64,000 bases of DNA, taken from an uncultured delta proteobacterium. Its GTDB lineage: Bacteria > Desulfobacterota > Binatia > Bin18. The translations under genes were made by a program, and so were the position numbers. Each line of letters opens with the position of its first letter. Positions within the stretch are counted from its first letter, which is position 1. Of the stretch, positions 63,716 to 64,000 are shown in pieces. Below the pieces are notes generated by a model. The model saw nothing but the letters and a program-made list of their open reading frames with translations. It did not search any database and was not told where the DNA came from. The stretch is taken from assembly GCA_963733195.1 (NCBI GenBank), contig CAVTCR010000078.1, positions 1 to 64,000 on the forward strand, written 5' to 3'.

Positions 63716-63799
63716 GCATACAGTCCGTGCCCCGGTTTCGCTCTTTTTGACTTTTGCGCTTTGACTTGCTGGGAAACAACCACGGCCAATACGTGTCTC

Positions 63800-64000
63800 A
63801 GCTCCCGTCTTCTTCTGTTGGCTGTAGGTGGGGATTCACCACCGTCAACCCGATCCTGCCAGCGCAGGAAACGGAACCCGTTAACGCCGATTCGTTGGAC
63901 CACAGCTCTCACACGATGTGTGGTTTTTATCTCGTTGAGGTATCCGACACTTTCAATTGTCACAACTTGCGGAATCGCGAAATTCAAACTTCGCCCCGCG
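63800..64000 (-). CDS. 3' end of a gene, possibly type II secretion GspK-like (partial)
   Basis: Open frame from the window edge ..VVTIESVGYL..RVRAVVQR..FRFLRWQD resembles GspK C-termini; the exact end is unclear. Confidence 0.35.

Noticed and set aside
1191-63987. Numerous antisense or alternate-frame ORFs in the track
   Set aside because: They shadow well-supported genes and carry no recognisable motifs or RBS.

Overview
A 64-kb bacterial chromosomal window of moderate GC. The gene style (several LLM oxidoreductases, DUF1302/MMPL modules, a Sec-type redoxin) suggests a Binatota-like deltaproteobacterium, but this is inference only. Many genes are split by single-base indels, concentrated at about 15-26 kb and 41-49 kb, and these are probably long-read or assembly errors. 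Contents in order: (1) a Cas4/AddB-like Fe-S nuclease coupled to an ArsR regulator, divergent from a sulfur operon (two YeeE/YedE-type proteins, persulfide dioxygenase-rhodanese fusion, PsrB-PsrC-like fusion, Tat-less molybdopterin enzyme, SulP); (2) aminotransferase, LLM enzymes, MFS and mazEF; (3) a SNF2-AlbA/ATPase-Mod-Res type III restriction island, with a c-di-GMP-I riboswitch upstream that is enclosed by a 20-bp inverted repeat; (4) nitroreductase, a UGA/SECIS peroxiredoxin-like selenoprotein, Rrf2, siroheme genes and assimilatory sulfur genes; (5) a Gld-like ABC module and three small cassettes (protease, VapBC, RelBE-like), each preceded by the same hairpin-CCCTTGCTTTTTGT motif; (6) DUF1302 barrel, three MMPL/RND paralogs and a YCF48-like protein; (7) FAD oxidase, ycaQ, a Tat-exported LLM, typA, thiolase, arsR-arsI-acr3 and a possible gspK end. 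Intergenic DNA carries several REP-like palindrome families and inverted heptamer tandem arrays. No tRNA, rRNA, CRISPR array, transposase or integrase was seen.
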